Shown: in pieces, positions 52,537 through 64,000 of the stretch
Position numbering within the stretch: position 1 is the stretch's first letter
Layout: each line of letters opens with the position of its first letter
Assembly: GCF_001194135.2 (NCBI RefSeq)
Contig: NC_068989.1
Span: 81,454,729 to 81,518,728, forward strand
Reading direction: 5' to 3'
Length of the DNA: 64,000 bases
From: Octopus bimaculoides
Taxonomy: Eukaryota
Made by a program: the position numbers and the translations under genes
Notes under the pieces: model-generated
The model's input: the letters and a program-made list of their open reading frames with translations, nothing else
Told to the model about the DNA's origin: nothing
Databases searched by the model: none

Positions 52537-52552
52537 GGTTGCTATAGCAACC
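52537..52552. promoter_or_regulatory. Perfect palindromic RFX X-box GGTTGCTATAGCAACC
   Basis: 16-bp perfect palindrome matching the GTTGCC-AT-GGCAAC-type X-box consensus. It lies in an IDI1 intron. Confidence 0.5.
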
Positions 52553-53279
52553 AATAAGAAGTGGAAACCAACAGCAAACTGGTCATGGTCTGTTAATCTT
52601 TTTTGTGACCTTGATAATGGTTAATTTATTATTTACTTCAACCTACATCGAAACAGACGTTGAGACCAGCTTCAGAACTCACAGTGCACAAGTCTAATAT
52701 ATTCTTGAGGGTTTGTTACACACTAATAGAAATAGCCACAGGTGACCAAGTTAATTAGATGTTGCTCTACCAGTAACTAACAATTTTTCATCATTGCTGT
52801 ACTCGGTCCTGATCAACACACTTTTTAATGACTCAATTCATTTAATTGCATAACCACTAAGTTGTTGTCACCGTACACATATGAAACTGTATCGTCAAGA
52901 CTATATATATATATATACACATACATACATACATACATCATCATCATCATCCAGTGTTTTAAATCTGGGTTTTGTACCCATTAATGGGGGTGACCGGATC
53001 TACCTCAATGCCATAGCAACCGAGGTAGGCAGGTGCAGCCCACCCCAAACTTTGGATTGGCTGGTGCCCATTCTCCTTTGCTATCATGAGGCTTTTTGGA
53101 ACTGGATGGGGAGCATGCCCTTGCTTAGCCCCAACATCAGTTTCTAGACATGAGTGGTCCCAAGACCAAGGCCTCTACCACGACTTTTAAGAAATGTGGT
53201 GGAAAACTAGCTCAGGAAGGTAGGGACACTACTCCCTGAGACCCCTTTCGGAGTCCCCCCAACATACATATACATATTA

Positions 53280-53910
53280 TATCTTTCATCTTTTACATTA
53301 GACTGTGGCCATGCTGGGACACCACCATGAAGAATTTTAGCTGAACAAATCAACACCAGTATTTATTTTTTATTAAGCTGGGTACTTTTTCCATTGGTGT
53401 CTTTTGCCAAACTGCTAAGTTATGGAAATGTAAACACACCAACACCAGTTATCAAGCAGTGGTGGGGACAAACACACACCGCACACATATACAATGGGCT
53501 TCTTTCAGTTTCCATCTACCAAATTCACTCACAAAACTTTGGTGGCATTTCATCCATCTTTATGTTCTGAGTTCAAATTCCACCAAGACCGACTTTGCTT
53601 TTCTTCCTTTCGGGGTTGATAAAATAAGTACCAGTTGAACACTGAGATCAATGTAATTGACTTACTTTCTCCCTACAAAATCCTGGCCTTGTGCCAAAAT
53701 TTGGAACCAATATTTATAGGTCAAAAACAAATACCTGTTTGGTAGCAGCCAAGCTGGGGCACCACCTTGAAGAATTTTAGTCGAATGAATCAACCCCAGT
53801 ACTAATTTCTTTTTAAAGCATAATTATTCTATCAGTCTCTTTTGCTGAACCCCTTACTTACAGAGATGTAAACACACTAACACTGGTTGTCACACATGGT
53901 AGGGGACAAA
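53280..53910. mobile_element. Cluster of diverged SINE A, B and A fragments
   Basis: SINE A (-) ~53280-53540, SINE B (+) ~53550-53710, SINE A (-) ~53730-53910. Confidence 0.7.
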
Positions 53911-54689
53911 ACTTTATTGCTACAAAAAAAACAAACAAAAAAAACAAAAAAAACGCTGCTATTATGTTAAACTGTCGTATCTCCAAACTTGGCCAAATGC
54001 GTTTTTTTTCAATATTTAATTCTGCTTGCAATAGCCGGTTCTTTTGGTCAAAATATCGTATCTCCAGCTGCTTCAGGTGAAAATTGTCAAAGTGTAGTAC
54101 AACGGTTAAAAGCACTTTTCAAAAGTGTAGTGAGTCTCACATATGACAGTTTTGCACAAAATATTTATGACTGAAAGTATCATGGAGTTATGATTTTATG
54201 CACCCAACAAAGTATTATTGTTAAGCTGGAACTGTTGCTAATGTAAAAAGAAATGGAATGGTGAAACTATTTTTCCATTTTCTGAAAAAGCAACGTTTTG
54301 GACTTACACTTTTGCATAATAGCAATGATATATATAACTGAATTGTTGTGATTGCATGGTTATCAGGACATCTGTGATTATGACTGTGTTGTAGATATAA
54401 AATGACTATTGAGGAAATAAAATAAAACCAGGACAAGAAACAACTGTCACTTGAAGATTCTAATACAAACATGGTGTGAGCTGATGTTCAGCAATGGGAG
54501 GACAGTGGGAAAAGCTTTAAACACACAGCTGAGCTGTACTCGTAAGTTCGGGATTTACTACAGCTATTTCAAACAGTGGAATATGCTTTTATTCTGTGAG
54601 GAAAAAGAGAAATTTGACAATTCAGTCAAGACCCTCGGAGAGAAAGGAAATATTTTCACCAGGTATTTTTTATTTTTTTTATTACTTGT

Positions 54690-54883
54690 TTCACTAATTT
54701 GACTATGGTCGTACTGGGACACCATCTTGAAGGGTTTAAGTCAAACAAATCGACTTGTTTGTTTTTGTTTTTTTTTTAATTTGGTACTTATTCTATAGGT
54801 TTCTTTTGCTGATCGTTAAGTTACAGGGATGTAAACAAGCCAACACCGGTTGTCAACCAGTAGTAAGAAACACAGATACGAAG

Positions 54884-54916
<33 letters not shown>

Positions 54917-55010
54917 TGATGGGCTGCTTTCAGTTTCTGCCTACCAAATTCACTCACAAAGTTTTGGTTGGCCTAGGACTATAGTAGAAGACACTTGTCC
55001 AAGATGCCAA
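54690..55010 (-). mobile_element. SINE family A, diverged
   Basis: Body match. Confidence 0.75.
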
Positions 55011-55253
55011 GTAGGTGAACCTTATTTTCATTATTTGAGAAATGGGTGCATCTGAAATTTTGGACTTCTCTCCTTTCTCACATCGTAAAACACAGTCCAC
55101 TATTTGTATTCTTTACTAATGTATAACATGGTTATTTTCTACTGGTCGACTACAGCTAGAGTGCTGTAGATCAAGGGACATAACTCTGTTCCTCTCAGAC
55201 AAAAAGTACAATTCTCCACATCACAACTAAGTTGGTCAAGTGACTACATACAG

Positions 55254-55503
55254 CAGAGGTTCACAATTATTTTTTGCCTTCGGACCCCTTTGATTTCTAT
55301 TTTACTCAACTGAACCTCCAAAACCATTCGATGTATATAAAAAAAAATCCTGCTGTATTTTCATAATTATTATTAGGAATTGAATAATAAAAACTTTAAA
55401 TATTTTTCTATTACAAAAGTATAACTAATTTATAGCCTATAAATTTTAACAAAATCTTATAAGGATCTCCAAGGGCTATATGGACCCCAGTTGTGAACCA
55501 CTG
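55254..55503. mobile_element. hAT-type MITE
   Basis: TIR pair cagaggttcacaa / ttgtgaaccactg. No TSD is recognisable. Confidence 0.65.
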
Positions 55504-56552
55504 GTGCAGATGCTTCTCCAAGGGCTTATGCTGAGTTGTTTGCAATGGAAAAGACAAACAACTTGCACAAACGAAATGACATATCCACACAAACATCATC
55601 AAAATATAGCACATATGTAGAAATGTTTAAACAATTCTATGATAGTGATAATGATTTCTGTGACAATCATGTGCTCTTTGATCTCTTAGTTCATAGCCAC
55701 AAATTGGTATCTTCACATTATCAATTCTATCTTTGCATTGTTACTATGCCTAGAAATTAGTTTGTAAAACAAGTCTACTGAGTAACCTAGAACCCTGCTC
55801 TGTCTATTAGATTACAACAATTACTATGTAGGCAGTGTGTTTTATCTGAGGATATATTTACTGAACTAATTTTATTTCATGTGGATCCCAGTGCCATTTC
55901 TGATATATGCCCACCACAAAGAATCCAAGTTTGTAATACTAGAATGAAGTCTGAGTTAGAAGACCATAGAGTGGATATTCCAGCTAAGATCAATTCAATG
56001 ATTGAAGTAGAAAAACTGACACATGATGAATGTGTGTTGACCCTCAAGACTAGTGAATATACCTTGATCCTAGTAGTAATTCAACTTTCCCATTCCAGTT
56101 TAAACCCATCAATGATACATTTCTTTATTAAACTTAATGCATACTTAATCTACCAGAGTTACAGCAGGTAAAGCTGACAATAAATCTAACATCTATCACA
56201 ATTGATCAACTTATTCTCCTAGATCTCTAAGCATAGGTACTGTAATCAGAATTCAATTTAATGAAAGTAAATGAATCTCTATTTTGAAGATGAGAAACTC
56301 CCAGCATTTGAGGGTAATATAAAATATGAAGTGAGCTAGATAATATAAATATGAAAAAATGCCTAATGTCTTTAAATCAGATAACAACCACTTTTACAAT
56401 GACAAAAATCCTTAATTGATTGATGTACAACAGGATATTTAATATATAAATAAAAGGGGCTTTTAACACCATGGGCAAGGACCATAATGGAAATGGTTGG
56501 ATGGCAATTTGGTTAGAGATGGAAGCAATGCCTGCAAAAGAAAAAGAAACTA

Positions 56553-56744
<192 letters not shown>

Positions 56745-57282
56745 TTATACTGGTTTAATTTAGATGGTTTTATGAAATTTCCTGTCTCTCTTTCTTCTAT
56801 TAATTTCAAAGGATTATCTTCAGACAGATGTCCAAATATTAGCCAGTTTGTTATAAGCTGACCATGCCACTACTTTTCTAGTGAAGATATCCTTTCCTGA
56901 ACTCATAAGTAAAAGTCATCCAGTTTCTCTAATACAATGCTCATACTGTTCATACATAAAACTAATACAGGTTTTGTATAGGAACTTGTATTACTTGCCA
57001 ACAATGCTTCATAGTGTAAATAGTAGTAATTATAATAGAAGTTTTCTCTTATAATCTATATTATAATTCTGACTGTTCCAACACAGGGTAGATTATGAAT
57101 GGGAAGAGAAGTAAACTAATAAATAACAACAAAATAGAATGGTTTGATCCTCATTCCAAACTTATAAAAGGTCTTTGTGGGTCTAATAGCATAACCAGAC
57201 CAAATATATATCAATTTAATTGTATATGTACTCATCTTTGTTACAGTTATTAATCTTATATGAAGCTAGCCAACACAATTAA

Positions 57283-57501
57283 CCCTTTAGCATTCAAATA
57301 TAAATTATATCATAATTCTTATTTACTGACATTGTTTTGAATTAATCAGGCATTTTCTTGTACCTTCAAAATTTTGATGATGTGGTTATATATTTTTAGA
57401 ATGACATTGTAAGGTAAGTGTGAAAGACTCAATCTGGGTGGTTTGAACATAAAACATGTAGAATATTTTGGCCAGATTTGGCTGGTTTAAATGCTAAAGG
57501 A
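57283..57501. mobile_element. piggyBac-type MITE
   Basis: TTAA|CCCTTTAGCATTCA ... AATGCTAAAGGA. Confidence 0.75.
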
Positions 57502-57879
57502 TTCAAGCAAAAGATACAGCTTATATATATTAAGGACTATATACTCATATTAAACTCAAATTTACTGGTATTTATATTTGCCAAATACTACAACCTTATA
57601 TTTACTAATAAGTTTATCCCTTCTTTCTTCATAGTCAAAATAATGGCTATTTTATCATGTGATACACATGACATTTATTTCAACAAACTTCTTAACACTT
57701 TTTGCCAACCCCACCACTCATAATGCTTTTTCTGATATACAATAATCATGCGAGAACATAGAAAGCCAAGCCTGTTTGAGTTTCCGATTTATCATCAATA
57801 AAGTTAACATTATTTATTTATATGATCTTAATAACAAAGAAACATGATGAACCATCTACCCTTCAACTGCAGAATTTAC

Positions 57880-58043
57880 CTTTGTTAATATTTGCCATAA
57901 GATGGCACTCCTGTTTTGTGGCTTTATCCAGAACTCGGTCCATCTCGTCCACAAGAATGCACTCCTCTGACATAAGTTTGGCCTGGGTTGGGTCTAAATT
58001 AACCAACACTTCAGATGCTGAATGCATTCTGGAAGCAGGGACT
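57880..58043 (-). CDS. IDI1: IPP delta-isomerase, first detected coding exon (VPASR-MHSASEVLVNLDPTQAKLMSEECILVDEMD...NINK)
   Basis: atttctattttcag| acceptor and AAG|GTAAAT donor, 164 nt, phase 2-1. Carries the E.CILVD and K..CHL motifs. The five exons splice to 235 aa counted from MHSAS. Confidence 0.95.
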
Positions 58044-58479
58044 CTGAAAATAGAAATATTATTATTATTATTATTATTATTATCATTACTATTATTATTG
58101 AGTGAGAGAGTAGCACATGCTATCAAAGTGACACAGGGGTACAAATATACAAAGCTCAATATACCTGTCATGACTACCAGTCTGATAAGGACACACCAGG
58201 CACATGCATCACAACCATATGGGCACAACATTGGTGACTTCATATCAAAATAAAAGCACATAACCATGCAAATGGGACCCAATTGACTAGGACATATTTC
58301 ATTGACCCCTGTATGATTTGTACAGGGACATAACAAAATATGGTAGGAATTTGTCAACCATCAACCATAAATTTTAAACCATAAATTCTAACAATAATTT
58401 TAAACCATAAATTCTAACAATTTTCAAATTGGAGCATGAGTTAAGTCCCCTTCTAGCGACGGTGTAGAGAGAGAGAGAG

Positions 58480-58657
58480 AGATAACAGATTTTTTCAGTC
58501 AATTATATCAACCCCAGTACGCAACTGGTACTTAATTTATTGACCCCGAAAAGATGAAAGGCAAAGTCGACCTCAGTGGAATTTGAACTCAGAATGTAAA
58601 AACGGACGAAATACCGCAAAGCATTTTGCCTGGCGTGCTAACGTTTCTGCCAGCTCA
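58480..58657 (-). mobile_element. SINE family B
   Basis: Reverse-orientation match. Confidence 0.8.
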
Positions 58658-58795
58658 AAAATACCTTAGGAATGAGAACCCAGGTTTGAAATTTCCCCAA
58701 GACACCTGATGAAGGCTGGAGGGTGTATCAGCTGAAACGTTGCGTTAACAACAAACAAGATGAGGACAAATATCCGTCAAATGTAAATAATGTTA
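58658..58795 (+). mobile_element. Penelope-like terminal fragment
   Basis: Contains a canonical-core minimal hammerhead. The family is inferred from this. Confidence 0.5.
58701..58746 (+). ncRNA. Minimal hammerhead ribozyme (Penelope-type)
   Basis: GACAC-CUGAUGA-A-GGCUGG-agggugua-UCAGCU-GAAAC-GUU-GCGUU. Stem II is 6 bp with two G-U pairs, stem III is a palindromic AACGUU, and stem I has one mismatch. Confidence 0.6.
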
Positions 58796-59196
58796 GGCAG
58801 GATTGTATATTAAAACACACAATCGGTGAATCACAGGAAAGCTGAGAAAAGCTGGACATTGTAGGTGAAATGGTGGAGATTAAAGACATGAAATGAAGTG
58901 TACACGTGTTGGTGAGTGTACTGATAGAGTAGACATGTGATGAGAATGAGACGTGGGAAAATGAGAGATGGTTAAAGATAAGGAGTGAATGAGTGGGTGA
59001 ATATAATGAAGAACAAATGTTGAGGGATGATAAGTAAGGGGAATCAGGGAAGTGGGAAGAGTGGGTGACAACTGTAAAAATTGGGTAGGGTTGAGGTTTA
59101 GGCTGACGGATGACTAATGACACATGAGTTAGTGGGGTGATAAGGCGGGGAAGATAAATGACTGCAGAAAGCAGATGAGATATTGAAGGACAGCTA

Positions 59197-59360
<164 letters not shown>

Positions 59361-59538
59361 ATAATATCATTAGCAGTATATTACTGCATTGGGTAAAACA
59401 CAGTAATATACTGCTGATATCTAGAGAATGGCTAAGATAGACCTCAGGTTACTAGATCATGATCAAAGATTGAAGTGATTGATGATTTGCCAGACCTATG
59501 TAACTTATGGCAATAGTGTTTCCTGGACAGAATATTAA

Positions 59539-59767
59539 CCCTTTCGAAACCAACTCAGCTGAAATCACCTCTGGCTTTGTAGGCAGGATTGTATACGTCT
59601 TGTTTTCCTAAGTTTTGAATTAAAATCTTCCACCAAACCTTAGTCACAATTTATGTTTCTAACACTAGCTAAATGATAACTAAATTATTTTACTAAATTA
59701 TTTGTTATATTTAAAATTAACTGAAAGAAACACAGAGCATCTCAAAATAAATACAGTAAAGAAAGGG
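59539..59767. mobile_element. piggyBac-type MITE, second family
   Basis: TTAA|CCCTTTC ... GAAAGGG|TTAA, with internal sequence unrelated to the first family. Confidence 0.7.
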
Positions 59768-59899
59768 TTAAATTTTTCATTACGTCATTTGATTTATCTG
59801 TCATGAATAAGTGGCTCCAGGAAACTTACATGTGATAAATCAGTGTGATATCCAAGATAACTGTTTTCCTTTATCTGTTTTTAATATGAACTCAAGTTA

Positions 59900-60330
59900 A
59901 GGTGGTGAGCTAGCAGAATCATTAGCACCCTGGGTAAAATGCTTGGTGGCATTTCATCTGTCTCTACGTTCTGAGTTCAAATGCCACCGGGGCCAACTTT
60001 GCTTTTCATCCTTTCAGGGTTGATAAAATAAATACCAGTTGAGCACAGGGGTCAATATAATGCCCCAAAATTGCTGGCCTTGTGCCAAAATTTGAAATCG
60101 TTTTTATAAACTACACAAGGTGGCAAGCTGGCAGAATCGTTAGCATACCAGTATTTCATCCACCTTTATGCTCTGAGTTCAAATTCCACCGAGGTCGACT
60201 TTGCCTTTCATCCTTTTGGGATCAATAAAATAAGTACCTGTTGAGCACACACTGGGGATGGGGGTTCGATGTAATTGATTTACCTCTCCACCCAGAATTG
60301 CTGGCTTTGTGCTAAAATTTGAAACCATAA
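59900..60330 (+). mobile_element. Two head-to-tail SINE family B copies
   Basis: Copies start at ~59900 (aaggtggtgagctagcag) and ~60117 (aaggtggcaagctggcag). Confidence 0.8.
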
Positions 60331-60394
60331 TTATCAGCAATGTATACATGTATACATTGTTCATATTATAAATCATAAATATTTATATTTCTTC

Positions 60395-60750
60395 ATCATC
60401 ATCATCATCATCATCGTCGTCGTTTAACGTCCGCTTTCCATGCTAGCATGGGTTGGACGATTTGACTGAGGGCTGGTGAAACCAGATGGCTACACCAGGC
60501 TCCAATCTGATTTGGCAGAGTTTCTACAGCTGGATGCCCTTCCTAACGCCAACCACTCCAAGAGTGTAGTGGGTGCTTTTACGTGCCACCGGCACGAAGG
60601 CCAGTCAGGCGGTACTGGCAACGGCCACGCTCAAAATGGTGTAATTTATGTGCCACCCGCACAAGAGCCAGTCCAGGGCCACTGGCAACGATCTCGCTCG
60701 AAAGTCCTTACACATGCCACGAGCACAAGTGCCAGAAAGGCGACGCTGGG
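60395..60750 (-). mobile_element. RTE 3'UTR fragment, young copy
   Basis: Near-identical to 35131-35490. Confidence 0.9.
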
Positions 60751-61628
60751 CACATATTTTTATAAACAATAAGTACCTTATGGAAATTATTTTAATTTTC
60801 TAATTACATAGCTTTTGTTTCTTAAATATTTTACTCTATGACAGTATGCAGAATTGCCATGAAATTTGCCAAACCGCCAGAAAAATCTCATCAAACTGAG
60901 ATGGGGGGATAGCAGCAGCAGCAGTAGTGATGGTGGTAGTATGGGGAGATGCAGTAGCTTTTGGTTTATTCTCAAGCTCTATTACAGGTCAAAGGTAGTA
61001 ATCTAGACATATTCTGTTTTCCATGGCTGTCAACATTGATAGAGGTGAGAGACTGTTGAAAAGTGATATCAGTTAAATGGGGACCATTAGATAGTTCTGT
61101 GAGTGGTAACAGATTGTAGTTACACTGTCACCTGCAAACTCTAAGAGATAAAGTACGTTCTACTTGTATATAACACTTGTTAATGAAACTCATGATAAGA
61201 ATGATTTAATAAAGCAGATAAGAATTTTATTGTCTAAGAGACCTCAATAACCTGGTCAATAAATAAAATCTAATAGCATATTCAAGGTGTCCTCAACTGA
61301 ATACTACAGAAAAATAGCTTTCATACAAAATTTTTGTTTCATCTTAGTTTTTTGGTTTTCTTTTGTAGTATATTGCATGTTTTCAGTTCAGTAAAATATT
61401 TTTAAAAATAATGAATAAAAGATGTTAATTGTTCAATTTCTTTTATTCCAAGATTGCTATCTTAACCTGCTGACATGACAGATAATATTCAAATAGTTTT
61501 TGCCTCCTAATACAACCAACATTATTCAAACTATGCATTAGAGAATTATTACTAAATTCAAAGACCACTTTTTTATCACATATCATTAAGTTCTTACATG
61601 ATCTAAATTAATCGATTGTAAAGAATTG

Positions 61629-62223
61629 GGATCTATTTTAAAACGGGGGCGCCAGTTTTCATTTATGTTTTATGTAGTGTTTTTGGTACGGAAAGACTTT
61701 CAAACTTCGTATACTTATCTATTTTGTGTTATAGAACAGAAAAATATTTTTGTATTCGAATTTATTTCATGTAAAAAATTGTCTTATTTCGATAATTTCT
61801 ACTAATCACTGACGTCTATTCAGTTGAAAACAGTTAGCGCTGTAACGGTGTATATCGTATTAATCCCCTAACCCTAAAACTAACCCTAACTCTAGAATCC
61901 GAACTCTAAAATTGTTACACACATAGATACGCACAGCGTAATTTATTATATAAACAATATTTGCGTATAAATTACGATTAAACCGGATGAAATATGTCAC
62001 AGGGAATAACATTTTTATGACCGCCCAGCAGTAACTCTATTGAGCTGAATAGATGTCAGTGATTGGTTGAAATTACAGAAATACGACAACTTTAACATGG
62101 AATAACTTGCGAATTCCTTTTTTTTGTTAAGAAGACTAAGAGTCTACCAGTGTCCCAAGTTTCAAAGTGTTTCGTTAGTGTTTCGTTAAGAAAATACTGG
62201 CGCCCCCGTTTTAAAATAGATCC
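61629..62223. mobile_element. 595-bp MITE with perfect 28-bp TIRs and an 8-bp TSD (Merlin-like)
   Basis: TIR GGATCTATTTTAAAACGGGGGCGCCAGT at 61629-61656 and its exact reverse complement at 62196-62223. TSD AAGAATTG at 61621-61628 and 62224-62231. Confidence 0.9.
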
Positions 62224-62504
62224 AAGAATTGCAGCATGATTACCATATCATGTATGCTATTGAAAATTTGATAAAGTCAGCGTGAGAAGTAAAAACAATT
62301 GCAATTAATTTTGTCTGGAGTAAAACCTATCCAAACTGCCTTACAAACTTCCTTGGTTTGGAGGAAGCAATATATAAAATACTAATCAAGAGGTTATTGG
62401 ATTGGCACACTAGATTTAATGAAATAAATACAGATGATCCAGCAGAGATACTGGAACTACACAATAAAAAAATATCTAATGAGGACCTCATAGAGATGGA
62501 GTTG

Positions 62505-62650
62505 TTGTTGTTGTTGGCACTCCGTCGCTTACGACGTCGAGGGTTCCAGTTGATCCGATCAACGGAACAGCCTGCTCANNNNNNNNNNGAAACCACGATC
62601 CTATGACCGCAAGTCCGCTGCCCTAACCAATGGGCCATTGCGCCTCCACA
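62505..62650 (-). mobile_element. tRNA-derived SINE family D (middle collapsed in a gap)
   Basis: Minus-strand head gtggaggcgcaatggcccattggttagggcagcggac...; the tail ends in (CAA)n. Confidence 0.8.
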
Positions 62651-62939
62651 GAGATGGAGTAGCACTGTGCTAAAGATGAAGATGAGAGTAAAGATGTGGA
62701 ATTATCACAGATTTTAACAACTAAATATTTATCCAAAGTTTTCCAGTTTTTAGTCCAAAAACAACATCCTCTCACCAGTCTCAAAGGCCTAAAACAGAGT
62801 TATAGACACTTTCCTTCCCCCACTGGCTAAGACATTAATAAAAATGTCTCAATTACTTAACATATGGAAAACTAGTTTTAGCTTCCACACATTGTAACCT
62901 CACATTCTCCTTCCCCTACAATCTTGCAAACCACTCACC

Positions 62940-63380
62940 CACCCACTTTTCCCCACCTTGTGCCTTGTGGAAGCTACCAGGGCATTTCACACCATCATCT
63001 ATCTCTTGCAGCTCCTACTGATCATTTTCTCTTTCTCCTCTTCACTTACTAGATGTGAGTAGCCATGCAGATCCTTCTTCTAGAACCTGCTCTGCACCCC
63101 AGCTTCCCATAGTAATCCCCCCACTACCATGTGACTGTCCTCACCACCTACTCCAGAGTTAATACTCCTGCATACGGCACAGCAACTCAAATAATTCAAG
63201 GGTACAAAAAAAAAAAGCACCAAGTCCATGCTATAAAGTGGTTGATGTTAGGAAAAGCATCCAGTCAAAGAAACCATGCCAAAGCAGGCACTGGTACATA
63301 ATGCAGTCCTTGGGCCCATCGAATCCTGTCAAACCATTTGATCCATGCCAGCATGAATTATGGACATTAAATGATGATGA
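62940..63380 (+). mobile_element. Older RTE-related 3' fragment
   Basis: Homologous to ~41590-42010. It ends catgccagcatg...ggacattaaatgatgatga. Confidence 0.6.
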
Positions 63381-63605
63381 AACAAAATAGTGAAATAATC
63401 ATATTTTAGGAGGCCAGTCTCATTGCATACAACTATCGAATGTGAAAAGTCTGATTCAAGATGTTGAAGACAAATGGGTTAATTTATCAGTCTTTTATCT
63501 AAATGCCAGAAAGATAAAAGATGTTGATTCTGAAACCTTAACAAGGTCACATCCCCTGGTGAAGAGGGTTGGCTTGCAAGGGTGCTGTGCTGGTGCCACA
63601 TAAAA

Positions 63606-64000
63606 AGCACTTGTGCCGGCGCCACGTGATAAGCACTTGTGCCGGCGCCACGTGATAAGCACTTGTGCCGGCGCCACGTGATAAGCACTTGTGCCGGCGC
63701 CACGTGATAAGCACTTGTGCCGGCGCCACGTGATAAGCACTTGTGCCGGCGCCACGTGATAAGCACTTGTGCCGGCGCCACGTGATAAGCACTTGTGCCG
63801 GCGCCACGTGATAAGCACTTGTGCCGGCGCCACGTGATAAGCACTTGTGTTGGTGCCAAGTACCACGTGATAAGCACTTGTGCCGGCGTCACGTAATAAG
63901 CACTTGTGCCGGCGTCACGTAATAAGCACTTGTGCCGGCGTCACGTAATAAGCACTTGTGCCGGCGTCACGTAATAAGCACTTGTGCCGGCGTCACGTAA
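63606..64000 (+). repeat. 26-bp tandem satellite, 15 units, running off the window
   Basis: The unit is gcacttgtgccggcgccacgtgataa. There are 10 units with CACGTG, one of them disrupted (~63841-63872), followed by 5 units of the variant gcacttgtgccggcgtcacgtaataa. Confidence 0.97.

Noticed and set aside
57863-58357. Treating the whole 164-aa ORF as the IDI1 N-terminus
   Set aside because: The part upstream of 58043 reads through (AAT)n and intron-like sequence ahead of a strong acceptor. Only 57880-58043 is exon-like.
63606-64000. CRISPR-like repeat array, and ORFs 63479-63892, 63495-63866 and 63547-63807
   Set aside because: The units are directly adjacent with no unique spacers, there are no cas genes, and the context is eukaryotic. 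The ORFs exist only because the unit lacks stop codons on that strand.

Overview
AT-rich, repeat-dense animal genomic DNA from a gapped draft assembly (8 N-runs). The SINE, RTE and microsatellite landscape suggests a cephalopod such as Octopus, which is an inference. Two genes are recognisable, both on the minus strand: KIF3A (kinesin-2 motor, complete 701-aa CDS on a single exon, 25725-27830) and IDI1 (IPP delta-isomerase, five spliced coding exons between 48029 and 58043, first exon not located). At the left edge are the last two exons of an unidentified plus-strand gene and, 35 nt further on, a possible first exon of an antisense gene. The rest is transposon-derived: two or three tRNA-SINE families, many RTE-LINE 3' ends, Tc1/mariner remnants, piggyBac-, hAT- and Merlin-type MITEs, Penelope-like fragments and a HERO-like fragment, plus mini- and microsatellites. 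The most notable observations are: (1) the KIF3A leader contains a 23-bp minisatellite that forms a chain of stop/start-overlapping uORFs; (2) the KIF3A CDS is intronless; (3) there are two minimal hammerhead-ribozyme folds; (4) a 26-bp CpG/E-box satellite expanded from an RTE 3'UTR motif lies upstream of IDI1; (5) RFX X-box motifs occur around the ciliary gene; (6) a Merlin-like MITE with perfect TIRs carries telomere-like repeats. There is no CRISPR array, rRNA or true tRNA gene. Most of the supplied ORFs are microsatellite or SINE artefacts. Repeat boundaries are approximate and no database search was possible.
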